Positions 1 through 14,186 of a stretch of DNA of 64,000 nt are shown piece by piece. Position numbers and translations under genes: made by a program. Under the pieces are notes generated by a model. It saw only the letters and a program-made list of their open reading frames with translations, was not told the origin of the DNA and did no database searches. Source of the DNA: Vicugna vicugna. Its lineage: Eukaryota. The stretch covers positions 62,001 through 126,000 of the forward strand of contig MU058451.1 of NCBI GenBank assembly GCA_013265495.1, in the 5' to 3' direction. How positions within the stretch are numbered: position 1 is the first letter of the stretch; every line of letters starts with the position of its first letter.

Positions 1-49
1 CACCACTGACATGGTCAGTTTCTTCCATCACAGGGGAATCAGCATAGCC

Positions 50-700
50 TTTTTTTTTAATCATGGTAAAATACACACAACATAAAACTTTCCAAGTTAA
101 CCATCTTTAAGTGTTCATTTCAGTGGCTCTAAGTGCATTCAGGTTGTACAACCATCACCACCGTGCATCTCCAGAACTCTGCCATCTTCCCAAATTCAAA
201 CTCTGTACCTGTTAACACTAGCTCCCCTTTCTGCCTTCCCCCAGCCGCTGACGGCCAACATTCTACTCACGTCTCTAAGAATCTGTCTACTGCAGGAAGA
301 GAGGTAGCACAGTACTTTTCCTTGCGTGACTGACTGGCTTGCACTGCTTAGCAAGGTTGTTCCCAGGGTTCATCTATGTTGTAGCTCGTGTCAGGACTGC
401 CTTCCTTCTCAAGGTGAATAATATTCCATTGTAGGTATAGACTGCATTTTGTTTACTCACTCATTCGTCCATGGACACTTGGGTTGTTTCTGCCTTCTGC
501 TATTGTGAATAAGGTGCGATGAACATGGGTTTACAAAAATCTGTCTGAGTCCCTATTTTCACTTTTGGATGTACACCCAGAAGTGGAATTACTGGATCAT
601 ACAGTAATTCTATGTTTAACTTTTTGAGGAGCCACCACACTGTTTTCCACAGCGACTGTACCATTTTACATTCCCACCAGCAATAACATCCTCTTGACGC
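50..700 (-). mobile_element. Old L1 (L1MA/MB-like) 3' region
   Basis: Minus [37 protein letters not shown], typical of the ORF2 C-terminus. Confidence 0.85.
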
Positions 701-1384
701 CTTTGCGTCCATGTATCACCAACATCTTTGGCTCAAAATATCGCCATTTTGCAGTTCCACTGTGTTTCCTGTCATGTTAGAGTTCAGGGACACAGAGATA
801 AGCAACAGCCCTGTAGATGATAGACCTCTGTGAAATAAAAAAAAACGAGAGGGTGATCAGCCATCAGCACATTGCTGGCTTGGGTGAAGAGACACCTAGA
901 TCTCCTGTTACAGAAGCTCAGAAGAAGGAAGAGGAGCCATTTAGGTTGCCACAGAAAGCCTGCGGGACATACATTTCCTCCACCTGACTTCATCTCCTTC
1001 GAGATGTCGGCAAGGGCGCTGATACGAAGCCCTGACCGGAGCTCCCCAGAACAAAGCCGGAGGAGTGGGGAGCCTTCCTGGAAGAGGGGATGAGACAATG
1101 CAGGACCTGAACTAGCCAAGACTCTTCCCTTCCCACCAAGGAGGCGAGCTCTTCTCACCCGAGCCTGGGCGGGGTCCTGGGGAAAGTTCCTATCTCTGAG
1201 CAAAGAATGAGGATTAAAGGTGGTTCTTTAAGATTCGATACCCAGGGCAAAAGCCCCAGCCAGATTTTAAGAATTTACACTAGCTTCAACTGATCTATGT
1301 TTTCTCTTAGGAATTTTAGACCCAGGGGTAGAGACTGAGGATAAAACCCATTAGAACAGGGAGAGGCTTGGGGCCTGAGAAGGG

Positions 1385-1755
1385 TTTGTGTCCTCCAAAA
1401 AGACACTGCAAAGTACTAACCTTCCCTTCCGTATGAACCCTATTTGGAAATAGTCTTTGCAGATGTAATTAAATGAAGATGAGGTCATTAGAGTGGGCTC
1501 TAATCCAGCAGGAGGGGAGACCGTCATGTGAAGACAGACGCAGAGATGGAAGATACACCACAGGATGCCTGGGACCACCAGAAGTAGGAAGAGACAAGGA
1601 AGTGCCCTCCCCTAGAGGTTTCAGAGAGAGCATGTCCCCCCTAATATCTCAATTTCAGACCTGTAGCCTCCAGAACTGTGAGAGGATAAATTTCTGTTGT
1701 TTTAAGCCATCCAGATTGTGGGCTTTGGTTCTAGCAGCCCTAGAAAACTAACACA
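1385..1755 (+). mobile_element. MaLR LTR (MLT1-like)
   Basis: ctttgcagatgtaatt...cctccagaactgtgagaggataaatttctgttgttttaagcca...gaaaactaacaca. Confidence 0.85.
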
Positions 1756-1980
1756 GAGCCCAACGCCTAGAAACCACCCCCTGCAGAACATGTTCGCATC
1801 ACTGCTGTTTCCATATTGATTATGAGAGTTGCTGCATTCGGAGGGTTTTTTTGAGGAAATGACCTCCTGTCATAATTTCAGATTACCCGAAGTGTTTGTG
1901 GATTTTAAAATCATAATCTTAGTTAATGAAATTGTCTCTGGCTGGAAGACTGCCTTTTTGGTACACAGACATTTCTAATC

Positions 1981-2062
1981 CCTACAGTTTCATAGGAAAA
2001 TTATAAGCCCTATTTTGTGCACCTACAGTTTCATAGGAAAATTATAAGCCCTATTTTGTGCA
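1981..2062 (+). repeat. Perfect 41-bp tandem duplication
   Basis: cctacagtttcataggaaaattataagccctattttgtgca x2. Confidence 0.95.
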
Positions 2063-2689
2063 GAGTCAGACTCGTACAAAGTCAGGAGGGATTTAGCATG
2101 ATCAGAGGAAAGCGACTGGATTCCACGCTTACTTTTCTTTTCTTTGAAGAGAGAACTTTGCTGGAGGATGTCACACAGGTGGTTTTCGAAGCTCATTGGG
2201 CTTCCCAAGTTCCCCTGTGTGTCCTGAAATGTCATTAAGTTTCTGCAGCCATCCCCTCCAGTCGTCAGGGAGGGTTTGAGAACTCGCCCATTGCCTTATC
2301 AGCTCCTTGAAAGGAAATGGGGTGGGGATCTGCAGCTCCCACGTGGGAAAGTAGCTCTTAAGTGTCATCTGCCCCTTTGATGCATGAAGAAACTACAAAG
2401 AGCGAGTGCGAAAAGCAGGAAGCACATACCGAAGTTGACAGATCTGGTAAGTTCACTGCTGGCGGGGGGGGGGGGGTCACTAAAATTAATTGACTAAGAA
2501 TCTCTGGATTCCATGTGGTGACTGAGAAGAAACCTAGGATGGGCGTGTAAAGTCATACAAGTCAGAGTGGAGAAGGCAGAGAAGTACAGCACCAGAGAAC
2601 TTCACGAGTCTTTACACACACGTGCCACACACACAACACAAAGAGAGAAAAAGCACCATGTGTAACTGTGACATTAATAAAGAATGGCC

Positions 2690-3140
2690 GTGAAGAGATG
2701 GTTCACAGAAAAGGAAGCATACGAGGGCTAAAAAGCGGGAAAGGAAGGTCAACTACACTCATAACATGAGAAAGTGGTATGATGTTAAACCTCTGTGGAG
2801 ATACCACTTCTTATCTATCAGACGGGCAAGAGTTCACAGTGATGACACCATGCTCTGCGGTGAGAATACAGAGCGAGTACACCCCCTTGGGAGGTCAACT
2901 TGGCAATATATATTCAAATAACAAATGCACTTACCCCTAGACCTGGCAAACCCACTTTGGGGCATTTACCCTAAAATATGCCTACATACATTCTAAATAG
3001 ACAAGATTACTTATATTGGCATTATTTGCCATAGCAAAAGGTGAGGACCACCCAAGCGTTCATCCACTGGAAATTTTAAAATTCGTATGATGAAGAAAAG
3101 AATGGGAAATCGTTGTACATACAGGTGTAGAAAAATCTCC
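2690..3140 (+). mobile_element. Old L1ME-like relic
   Basis: Degenerate ORF2 3' motifs (gataccac, cattatttgccatagcaaaa). Confidence 0.55.
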
Positions 3141-3189
3141 ATGTCGTCATCATTACTTTTTTAAAAAAGATCCAAAACAATGAAAATAT

Positions 3190-3722
3190 GGTGGTATTAA
3201 ATGCATACATCGTTGATACTTTTCCTTCAAGAGGTGGAGCCAAAGCCCCTTCCCTTGAGTGTGGGCTGAGCTAAGTCAGGTATTTCTCATGATGCAAATA
3301 AGAGCAGAAGTGATGGTGTGTGGCCGCAAAGACTGGGTGATACAAGGCACTCTGGCTTCCTCCTGGCTCTTTCTCCTTAATCATGCACTCAGGGGAGCCC
3401 AGCTGCTATGTCATGAGGGCAATCTGCTTGATTCCATGAAACCTTCTGCCAGCAGCCATGTGAGCGAGCCATCTGCTTGGAAGTAGACCCTCTCTCCACA
3501 GTCACGCTTTCAGATGACTATAGCCCAGGCCAACAGTTTGACAGAAATCTCACATGAGACCTTGAGCCAGAACCACCTAGCCAAGTCAATCCTAGACTGA
3601 GGACTCAGAAACTGTGTGAGATGATATATGTTTGCTTTTTTTTCAAAATGCTGTGTTTGGGGCAGCAGGGGATGGAGAGGGGAGGCAGTTAATTTGTTAT
3701 GAAGCAGTAGTTAACTAAGGCA
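3190..3722 (+). mobile_element. MaLR LTR (MLT1E/F-like)
   Basis: cagccatgtgag, ttcagatgact, gagaccttgagccagaaccacctagccaag, agaaactgtgtgagat. Confidence 0.8.
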
Positions 3723-5269
3723 ACAGTGTTTAAAACAGGCTATTTTGTGTGTAGTAAAGGGGAAAATAATATATAATTACATTTTCTGATTTTTTTCCAC
3801 AAAGAAACAATGGAAGGGAACCCAAGGCTGAACAAAAGTGGTTACCTGTACAAAAGGCATATGGAATGGAGAACAAGATTCATGAGACTAGAGAAGAGAG
3901 CAAGACTTCTCAAAATGCTTCTTTTATACATACTCTTCTATTTTGAAATTAAGTTCATACATATTTATGTATTTTAAAAGTAATTTCTTTTTCTTTAAAA
4001 AAATAAAACTTTATTTTTTAACATTTTTTATTGTGTTATAGTCATTTCACAATGTTGTGTCTAAAAAAGTAAAACTCTTTAAAAAGGACTACCATGGAAA
4101 AAAATATTTCCTCCATTTAGTGGCTGTCACGAGTGCTCACATGGTGTCAGTCTAGCCTTGGTTTGTCACCAACTGAAGTTCTGGTATGACCCAGAAAGTA
4201 TTTTAAGAGAAAGGCTGGCAGATTGCTAGGGAAGAGATCAAAGGAACATCTGTCCTAGGGGGTGGGGTGGGGGGAATCCCAGAGAGAAGGAGAAATGGTG
4301 ACATGCTATGACAATCAAAGTGGCACTGAAGGGGGCAAGGTCCTAAAAAAAGAAAACGTACTGGCGTTTGCCAAAACAGGAACTGAAGGTCTTGCTTTCC
4401 TCTCATTCAGACCGCATGGTGTGAATAGGTTTCATATTGTTCCAAAGAGTCAAGCACACACGTGCACAACGGGAGAGGATACGGTTGTCTGAGGGTTCTG
4501 GTGGAATGAGAAGCTTTGTCCACAAATGAAGTGGCAGAGAAGGGACAACAATCAGGTGCATCAAGAGTTAGGGCAAGAGCCAGGTGCAGGTGCTTCCCTG
4601 TGCCCGGGCATCCTTAATCAGTAAAAAAGCATCCGGAAATTGGGATCTGCATGACATGGGAAATTTCTGCTTCCTTATTCCATTTATAGACCTAAGGGTT
4701 GTTGGATGTTATTTCCTGTTATTTAAATTTTTATTCTAATAATCTTAAAATTAAGATATTAGTAAGAAAAAAATGTTAACAAGAGTTTTGACTGGTCATG
4801 ATCCTACCATATTTCAAAGAAAACTCTTAGGCGTACAGGAAGAGGGGATTAGTCAGTAGTCCAAGCGAATAATCGAGGAGCTCATGAAAAGAAGGGTGCA
4901 CAGCACAGAACTGCAAGAAAGTTCTTAACTGTTAAGTGCTGTCTGAGTAATATTAATTTCCTTTTGGATGAATACTGGGGAAAAATTTGAGAAGTGAGAC
5001 AAGGCAGACAGTTTAGATGTTGGCCAATAACCTTTAAGCATTCTTGATAAACACGCTATAATGTTGCACAGTGGACCCTTCTCAAATCATCTGCCAAGTG
5101 ACTCATTTTTTTTTTAATGAGGGTGAGGTGAGTACCCTCTGTCTAAACTCTTGGTTTTAGGAATGGCTCCCTCCAACTTTATGAAGGGACCTAAACTTGA
5201 GCTGGTCATGGCTGATTAGTCCCACTGGGAATCTGGCTCAAATTGTGGCAGTCAGTCCTTTTCTCCTTG

Positions 5270-6070
5270 GGAACCTTTGTGCACTGTTGATGGGACTGTA
5301 AATTGGTACAGCCACTATAGAAAATAGAATGGAGTTTCCTCAAAAATTAAAAACAAAACTACTGAATGATTCAGCAATTCCACTACTGAGCATATATCCA
5401 AAGGAAACAAAATCACTACATCAAAGAGATGTCTGAACCCCCATGTTCACTGCAGCATTATTTACAATAGCCAAGACAGGACAACAACCTAAAGGGCCAC
5501 CAACAGATGAATGGATAAAGAAAATGTCATACATATAATGGAATACTATTCAGCCATAAAAAAGAAGAAAGTCCTAACATTTGTGACAACATGGTTGCAC
5601 CTTGACATTATACTAAGTGAAATAAGTCAGACAGAGAAGACAAATGCTGTATGATCTCCCTTACATGCAGAATCTAAAAAACAAAACAAAACAAAAAAAT
5701 CTCATAGGTAGAAAAAGGGACCTGATTTGTGGTTACCAGAGGCAGGGGATGGGGAGGGGAGGAATCCAATGAAGGTTCTCAAAAGGTACAAACTTCCAGT
5801 TAGAAGATAAATAAATAAGTACTGGGGATACAATGTACAACATGATGACTAGAGTTAACACAGACCTAGGTATGTTTGAAAGTCGCTAAAAGAAAAGACC
5901 CTAAAAATTCTCACCACAAGGAAAAAAACTTTTTCTTTTTTTTGTATCTATATGAGATGATGGATAACTAAACTTATTATGGTAACCATTTCACAATATA
6001 TGTAAGTCAGGTCATTAAACTAATGCTACAGTGCTAAATGTCAATTATACCTCAATAAAACGAAAAGAAG
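5270..6070 (+). mobile_element. L1MA-like 3' end
   Basis: ORF2 end (cccatgttcactgcagcattatttacaatagccaaga) plus 3' UTR ending ctcaataaaa. Confidence 0.88.
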
Positions 6071-6569
6071 AAATTTTAATTAAATTAAGATTTAAAATAA
6101 AAGATTAACTTAGGATTTTTTTTTAATCCTTTCCTCCTCAATCCATGCTTGGGACCCAGAAGGAGACTTAACCTCACCAGGGAGCTGGATTTGTACTACC
6201 GAAATTCAGAAGCCAAGAGAGACATGCTGATCCCTGCTGTGTGGACAGAGGCTGCAGAGAGAGGAAAATGAATCAAGCAGAGATCTGAAAAGAAAGACAG
6301 GTACCACAGAAAGAGAAAACAGCTTGAGTGTACTCAGGTCTCTGGCTCTAGTTTGGGGACCTTGGCTTCCCTGACGCTTACCTGGGTCCTTATAATAAAT
6401 TCTACCTTGAGCCTGTTTCTGCATTTGTCGTCAAAAGAATCTTAGCCAATACTCTTGTGTAAAGACATAACTTGAGCTACAAGAGCCAAAAGCCATACAG
6501 ATGGCTCTCTCTTTTACTTCTTCCCTTCCTGTGACTTACAAATTTGATTAATTCAAGACCTTATTTTAA

Positions 6570-6665
6570 GGAATGAGGGTATAGCTCAGTGGCAGAGCAC
6601 ATGCTTAGCATGTACACAGTCCTGTATTCAATCCCCAGTATTTTTAAAAGCAACAAACTAATTAA
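6570..6665 (+). mobile_element. tRNA-Ala-derived SINE (Vic-1-like)
   Basis: gggtatagctcagtggcagagcacatgcttagcatg...ttcaatccccagta. Confidence 0.85.
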
Positions 6666-6769
6666 AAGAACCTTATTTGAGAAATATTTGTTGAGTAGGT
6701 TCAAGACCTCCAGAGTACAACTAAAAACTAATGACATCACCATCATAAGCAGCTCACTTCTATTAAACA

Positions 6770-6935
6770 CTTGCTAGATTTCAAAGACAGTGCCGGGCAT
6801 TTTACATTAGTCTCTTCAATTTGCAGAGCATTTCTCTCATACAATAGGATGTTTACGACTCCCATTTTACAGATGAAAAAACTGAGGCATTGAGAGGTTA
6901 ACTGCCCTGTTCAAGGTCATACATTCACTGTAGGT
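6770..6935 (-). mobile_element. MIR SINE
   Basis: Core cccattttacagatgaaaaaactgaggca...aaggtcaca-like. Confidence 0.75.
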
Positions 6936-7469
6936 GTGAAGGGGGAGGGGATGAAGGAAGAAGGTGGTGGCCCAGCAAAAAGCTATGAAAAGGACAAAGC
7001 CTGCTTTCCGTGTTCCCCATCTCCACCCTACCCATGCCCATTAGAAAATTTCTATACAAGTAAAATGTCATTGAGATTTGCCCAATCTAGAAGTAGTAGC
7101 TAAAAACCACCATCCCACAGTCCTGGCCATGAGGACAAATGATTGTCAAAAGTGACATAAGTAGAAAGACTTCTTGAAATTTTCTCTTGTAAATTTGACA
7201 TTATTTGATATTTATCTTGCCTCTTTACATAAAGTGACAAGAAAGATAAAACTGTAAATGATTAGACTATACCTGGTACACCATAATTACATTCAATAGA
7301 CAAAAAATGACTACTATGTATTAACATTGTAAGAAGAAAAAATTATCCAAATGTTTCACTTAACTCAGTTTATTGGCTCCCAGTCAGATTTACAAATGGT
7401 ACAATTCTGTGTTTCAGGGTGCTATTTTTTTAAGCTTAGATTTATCTTCATTTTTCTTTTAAATTGATG

Positions 7470-7757
7470 GGGTTTTTTAGTTGATGTACAATATCACATA
7501 AGCTTCGAGTGTACAACATAGTGATCCACAATTTTTAAAGATTATACTCCACTTATAGTTATTTTAAAATATTGGTTATATTCCCTCTGCTGTACAATAT
7601 ATCCTTGCAGCTTATTTATTTTCTACAAAGTGGTTTGTACCTCTTAATCCCCTACCCCTATCTTGCCCCTCCCTCCTTCCCTCTCCCCAGTGGTAACCAA
7701 CCACTAGTTTGTTCTCTGTGAATCTGCTTCTCTTTTGTCATATTCACTAGTTTGTTT
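7470..7757 (-). mobile_element. L1 3' UTR fragment
   Basis: gtgtacaacatagtgat...ggtaaccaaccactagtttgttctct. Confidence 0.75.
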
Positions 7758-10624
7758 CACGGTGCTACTTCCACTAAAGAATATATTGCAATTCTTAATT
7801 TTTTTCAATACTTAATTTATGAAACATACATTGGTAAGTAACAGATGACTATTGTAATTCTTAATAAACATTTACAACCCCACATAATTTCTATTTTTTT
7901 CCTCAACTGCTTTACTGCTTGAATGACTAATAATATAGCTTAAAGATTTTTTAATTGCTTCTTTTTCTTGCATATTTATTTGCATCCCTAAATTTACTTA
8001 ACAAAAGATTTTCTTATTTGCATAGATCAATCCTGAATGCAAAGCCTATAGAATATACTTGCAAGCAGACAACAGCTCTGCAGGGTTAAGGTATTAGAGC
8101 GTGACTGCCTTTGATTGTTTAAAAGATGGGCTAAGTGCTTCTTTTTAACCTAAATAGAGACCCCACTAGGACAAAGAACCAAAGTGAGCCATGGGTCCCT
8201 GCAACACCTTTACACAATTAAATGAAAAACTCTGAAAATTCCAAAGGGCGTTTAAAACTTGCCCCCCCCCAAAAATCAGTGTCACTCTTTGCTCACCACA
8301 TTGCAGCCACTACAATTATTTTAACACAAACTAATTAGGTTTATTAGCTCTTGGGTTTCAGCCAGGTCTTTGCTAAAGAAGCACACAGTCCAATTTGTAG
8401 ATTATTAACAGAGAGGGTCTATATTCCATAACATCCACTCCGACCTTTTTACTTTTTCATGAGACATTCATCAATGAATAGATTAATAGGACCACAAAGG
8501 AAAAGTGAAGCACTTGTGCGCAATAATTTATCCTCTAAAAGAATGATTAACTGACAGCGTCTATTGAACGCCAAAATCAAATTTTATTCTTAAAACTGAT
8601 GCAGCTTAAGGAAGGTAGTTATAAAATAAACATTTGTATAAATCCACAGACAGAAAGTCTGAGAAAGCGGGCCACAGACTAAAGAGTCAGTGGTTATGAT
8701 TTCCCATTAATTCTCTAGGAAACTCAGGGAAATTTTATTCATAATCTACCCTAGTTTTCTGATTAAAATGGGAATGCTAGTGCTTAGCTGATTAAAACAA
8801 TATTGGGGCAGGGAAGTAAAATATTTCACATGTATCTCTGTAATATTTGAGTTTTGTATGATGTGCGCACAGTACTTTTGTAATTATACAAAATGAATTT
8901 TTTTAATTAAAATTTTTTTGGACAAACCATTGACCTTCACCTTTTCAAGAAAAAAATGAATGTATGCAGGACACAGGCTACCTTTCAATGCATCTATTCT
9001 ATGAAATTTGTAGTTACTATTTGACCCCTACAAAATTTCTCTGAAGTATACCTTCTGGTATCTGATTTTTCAATTGTCCCAGATCTCAACCCCATGCTCC
9101 TCCAAATGTTGTGCTGGACAGAAACATCCTGTTTGAGTTATTTTCCTGCACAAAGTATGAAGCTGAATCTCAGATTCTCATCTCTCCTCAATGGATAAAA
9201 ACCAAGTCTATAAATCATGAAAGAAGACATAAAGAAGTAGTTTTGAAAACCCAACTTTGATTGGTTACATTCTTTTTTCTTCAATTCTGATTGCCTTTGC
9301 CTAGTTTCTTGTAAGTTTCATGTACATCTAATTTCCTTTACATTCATTAGATTTACACAATATTTACACAAAGGCTCTAGAAAGTACTGAAAACATCGCT
9401 CAACATGTGGTGTCAATTACAAGGAATCTCCAATACATATTTCCCCCCTCTGTAATGAATCTGAACATTTCTGCCTAAAGATAAGATCCTGAAAACAACA
9501 TCTGTCCTTTCCTTTTTTTCAACTGTTTTCTTCACGTTACATCTACACATTTTATACTGTGAAAGGATAATGAATATTCTCACAAATGTGTCTTCCCTTC
9601 TCCTGCCCAACAACCTGAGTTGTACCTTCCAACCTTTCCCCGAGTCTGCAGCAACCAACAGAAATGTTTATCTATAAATGCATACTAGGTTCCCACCCCC
9701 TCTCTTGCCGATGTTTATATTCCAAGAAGCCAGACATACAAAGTAACATCATCGTAACAATACACTGTAGGATTCCAGGAATAAATTATGGATAATCGTG
9801 AGTAAACACTTCGGTTTTCTTTTTTTCACTCTGCAATTCTCTCCATGTAAGTTATTTTAATTGCATACACACACACTGGACAATGCTGGAATAAATTAGC
9901 ATTTTGTCCCTTGCCAGAAGGAAACTAAGAGGTAATGAGTTTTATTAACTCTCATAATGTCTGCAAAGTAGCACAGCATCAAAGTATTGGATCCCTTTTT
10001 AGTCGCTCCCAGAAGACCTACTTACAGGAGCGAGCGCATCGATGCCTCATTGATCAGCAAAACGCTGCTGCTGCATCTGCTTCCAGTCACTAGCTCAGTT
10101 CTTACACCATCTCCACCGCCTGTCACGAACCAACGGAAGTACACGCTGCACTGCACAGGAATCAGCGAGACCTGTTCCCCAAGTGTGTGCAAAACTCATT
10201 TCTCTGGACTTCGGATAGTTTTTCTTTTGTTTTGTTTCCCCATAGACACTAAGTTGCAAGAGTTGTGAGGTTCTCTGGCTGGGGCACAAACACTTCCTAA
10301 GTCATTCTGATACTTGATGATAAAAAAAGAACTGAAAGCAAGAATGAAATTAAACAGAGATTTGAAAACAAAGACTAAGAAATTGGTTTATTTTTTGGTA
10401 ATTCCACTGCTTGAGAAATGCAGAAATAGAGAGTTCTGTGGACTCGGCCAGGAGGTGTGAGGGCAGGTGCTGTTTGCTCTGTAGGATGTGACCTCTAGTT
10501 AGGACGTTCAGTTGAGAAGCCTGGTTCTCTGCCATACGTGTCGTGACGCAGACCTGGCCACATACCCTTAGCATATCAATCATGACAAATAATCTCTTCA
10601 CCTGCAGTTCACCCAGTTTCAAGA

Positions 10625-10820
10625 GAAGCCACTAGAATCAGGGGTTGTCAGGGTGGGGGTGCCGGACCAGCCGCAGCAGCTTCTGTGGCCAGAAATGCAA
10701 AGATCGGGCCTCACCCCAGCCTTTCTAAAATCGGAACTCCGGAGTTGGGGGGGGGGCCATCTGTGCTTTAACAAACCCTCCCAGGGAGTTCCAGGCAGGC
10801 TCCAGTTTGAGAAACACTGG
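10625..10820. mobile_element. MER5A-like hAT DNA transposon
   Basis: agaaatgcaaa...atctgtgctttaacaaaccctcc...agtttgagaaacactg. Confidence 0.7.
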
Positions 10821-11249
10821 CTTGGCTGGCTGTTTCCCAAACTATCCTGGTGATAAAAATACTGCTACTACTATTAATCCAGGTGCCCTGATTTAAACTG
10901 AAGATTTCCAGAACCATCCCTTGAAGATCCGTTCTCCTCTGGGGCCCAAGAGTGTATTTTCACCAGCAGCCAGGGGACCTCTCCTGGCCAAGTTTGGGAA
11001 GCAGTGGGCTGAGCTCTGTCTTTACAGCTGCTTTCTAGGTCTGGCTTTTTCTTTGTTGCTTGAGTAGCGCAGTATTTTGAAATAGGGACGGAGAACAGAA
11101 GTGAGGCTGAATGGTCAAAGGTACAAAGTTTTCATTACACAAGATGGGTGAGTTCTAGACATCTGCAAGGCACAGGGCCTGCAGTTAATAACTAGGGCCA
11201 TATTGTTTACTTAAATCTTTGCTGAGAGAGTAGATCTGTTAAGTGTCTT

Positions 11250-11395
11250 CTTTTGTTTTTGGTTTTGTTTATTGTTTTTTGGCGGGGGGAGGTAATTAAG
11301 TTTACTTATTTAGAGGAGGTGCCAGGGATTGAACCCAGCGCCCGTGCATGCTAAGCATGTACTCTACCGCTTGAGCTGTACCCTCCCCCTGGCCC
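11250..11395 (-). mobile_element. Vic-1-like SINE
   Basis: Reverse copy with ggtaatt/ttatt tail, inserted into an L1 3' relic. Confidence 0.85.
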
Positions 11396-12282
11396 CCATT
11401 AAGTGTTCTTATCACAGTAATAGAGGGTGGAGGAAACAAAAGTGAGGTTGAGGAGAAGAGGGTGAGGATTAGAGTCTGAACTGGAGGATGAGGAAGCCTA
11501 AGGGAGAGAAAGAGATGGTGCTCCCATCAGTGAGGAGACCCTTGCCAGGGAGAGAGAGTCCACCTGGGCGAACGCCCCCGTGTGTGGAGGACAAGAGAAT
11601 AGGGGAGACAGACTTCAGTTAGACTGGCTACTGCATGAGATGTCTTCCAGGCAAGAAGGAGGTAAGGAAAGCAGTGTGTAGCTGACCAGTTGCCTCAGAA
11701 GGAGATTCTTGAATCAGGGTCTGTAATTTAGGGCTGGGGGCACACAGTGTTGTAATTTCAGTTGTACATTCACTCTGTGGGTCCCCACTAGACTACTTTC
11801 CATGTGGACTCCGGGAATGGTGCCAAAGAGAGCAGGGGAAGCAAGCCAGCCCTGGAGGCCCCCAGGCCTCTGCTGACCAACACACCCCTCAAATTTCTGT
11901 TGGTAGCTTTTTAGTCTTGGATCTCTTCAATATGCAAGAATTAAGTCTTACTTATTTCAAGAATTCTGCTCCTGGTCCTGCATGAACAGCCACTTTGGGC
12001 ATGGATAGGACCTAGGACCAATGTCCAAGTCGAAGAATGCCTGTATTTTAGGTGCTTTAAGAGAGCCCTAAGGTTGTCTTGTTTGTTTAAATTGGATAGG
12101 GAACCAGGTTAGAGGGTATGAAGATAAATAATAAATGAGTGACAGCTCAAGACCACAATTAGGCCAAGGTTAATAAGCCTCAATCCCAGTGGGTAAAGAA
12201 TCTCTCTTGACAGGAGGCACTACATAAATGTATCTCACTGATGTTCCTACTGGTATTTCTTTCATTGAAAGAAATTTCTTCT

Positions 12283-12525
12283 AGGGGAGAGGGAAGGGGG
12301 AAGGAACAAATTAGGGGTATTGGGTTAACATATAAAGACGGCGGTATGTAAAATAGATAAGCAACAAGGATATACTGTACAGCACAGGGAATTAGACCCA
12401 TTATCTTGCAATAACCTGTAACAGAGTATAATCTGCAAAAATCACTGAATCACTATGCTGTATACCTGAAATTAACACAATCTTGTAAATCAACTATACT
12501 TCAATAGAAAGTAAACAAAATAAAG
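12283..12525 (+). mobile_element. L1 3' UTR fragment
   Basis: caacaaggatatactgtacagcacagggaa...tcaactatacttcaata. Confidence 0.8.
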
Positions 12526-13765
12526 TAATTTTAAAATTTCTAAATCAAAATAAAACCAAAAGCGTATAATCTTGATGAGATTCAAGAGCTTATTTGCTTC
12601 ATGCTAATTGAGTCATAGGGGAGCAGGAAGGTGAGCTTATCAGTCCCTTCTATGAAAGATTACCAGTGTTGGATTGGTAGTTCCTTTACTATAGATCAAA
12701 ATAGCTTCAAATACATTATTAGTGGGATTATGTAGCATTTCTCAATAATCCACATTAATTTATAAATTGAATGGGGAAAAAACTGCAATGAGAGGATTTT
12801 AAAATTCTTCTAAAAAGTATCAATAGGGTAAATTGCTTTTGATTTCAAATTGTCTTCCCTTCTCCTTGAGAAGTAAATGAGGACTGCAAACTAAAGATAA
12901 AGTTACATCTGTAACTTACTAGAGAATAAATTGTCTTAATAAACCAATTAGAATAGATGATCCGGGCTGTTCCTTGGAACTGCTCAAAAACAGTTTCTTT
13001 TCAATATAAGGAGAAATTGTCTTGTTAGATAAAGGTAACATGAGGAGAATGAGATGCAGTCAGAAATAGAAATGTCCTGTAAGAGACCTGAGGAGCTGCC
13101 TCCAGGATTCCAACAACAGAGAAGCCACCTTACTCAAAGCAGAGCACTGTCTGAAGGAAAAATACCATTAAGGGAAATTAGTGCTTTGCCTTAAAGATGT
13201 GTGGTTCTCAAAGATTCTTTTTAAAAAAAAATAGAGAATTTAATCGCTTAAGTAGTAAACTTTTTTTTTAAATCAAAGGAAAATACAAAAAAAAACTATG
13301 GCTTGCAGCTTTAGGAGAAAATGGATTTTCTTTCTTAACAAGGTATTCCAAGCCTGGGTGGCGCTCAGTTAATAGAAGCAATACCTTGAGGAAACAATGT
13401 GCAGTACTTCACCCCCAAATCACCGTGATAATTACCTTCCTGACGTTCATTTGGACAAAAATTCTCCTTCCATTAGATTTATGTTTTCAGATTCTGAAAT
13501 ACTAAATTGGGTAGCTGTCTCACTAACAAGCCACCTTGGGTATTACCTGTGCATGCCCCACTCAGACCAGTGATTCAGAAAGAAAATGGAAAGTGGGGGC
13601 AGATGCTTGTGGGGGGTTAGATAATGTTGGTGGCAAGATCAAGGAGCCACTGGACAGTTCGGGAAGAAGCAATTGAAAAGTCATTTTCATAAATAACAAG
13701 GTAAATAAATCTTAACAAGAACTTCTGAACACTGAAGCTCAGCTTTGGTATGCTCTGGGAGGCGA

Positions 13766-14186
13766 CTGCGTTAGCTTCTCAGAGATGCTGTAACAAAGTC
13801 CCACAAACAGGGAAGCCTAAAACAACAGAAATACATTCTTCCACAGAGCTGGGGGCTAGAAGTCCCAAATCAAGGTGTCAGCAGGGCTGCACTCCTTCCT
13901 AAAGCTCTGGGGGAGAATCCTAGCCTCTTCCAGCATCTGGTGGCTACAGGCATCACTCCATCTCTGCGTCTTCTTCACACCTTCTTCTATGTCCTCTCCT
14001 GTCTCTTAGAAGACATTTGTCATTGGAGTTAGGCCCCACCTGGATAATCCAGGATGGTCTCATCATGAGGTCCTTAACTGATTTACACCTGCAAAGACCC
14101 TTTTTCCAAATAAGGTCACAATCACAGATTCTGGAAGTTAGGACAGGGCATATCTTTTGGGGGGCCACCATTCACCCCACTACAAC
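13766..14186 (-). mobile_element. MaLR LTR (MLT1C-like)
   Basis: tgctgtaacaaag...aaatcaaggtgtcagcagggc...tttttccaaataaggtcaca. Confidence 0.85.

Noticed and set aside
784..1203. 139-aa minus ORF with a good acceptor at 1078
   Set aside because: No convincing donor and no recognisable homology.
10026..10171. Possible minus-strand exon with a GTAAGT donor and one open frame
   Set aside because: Acceptor lacks a pyrimidine tract and the peptide is unrecognisable.
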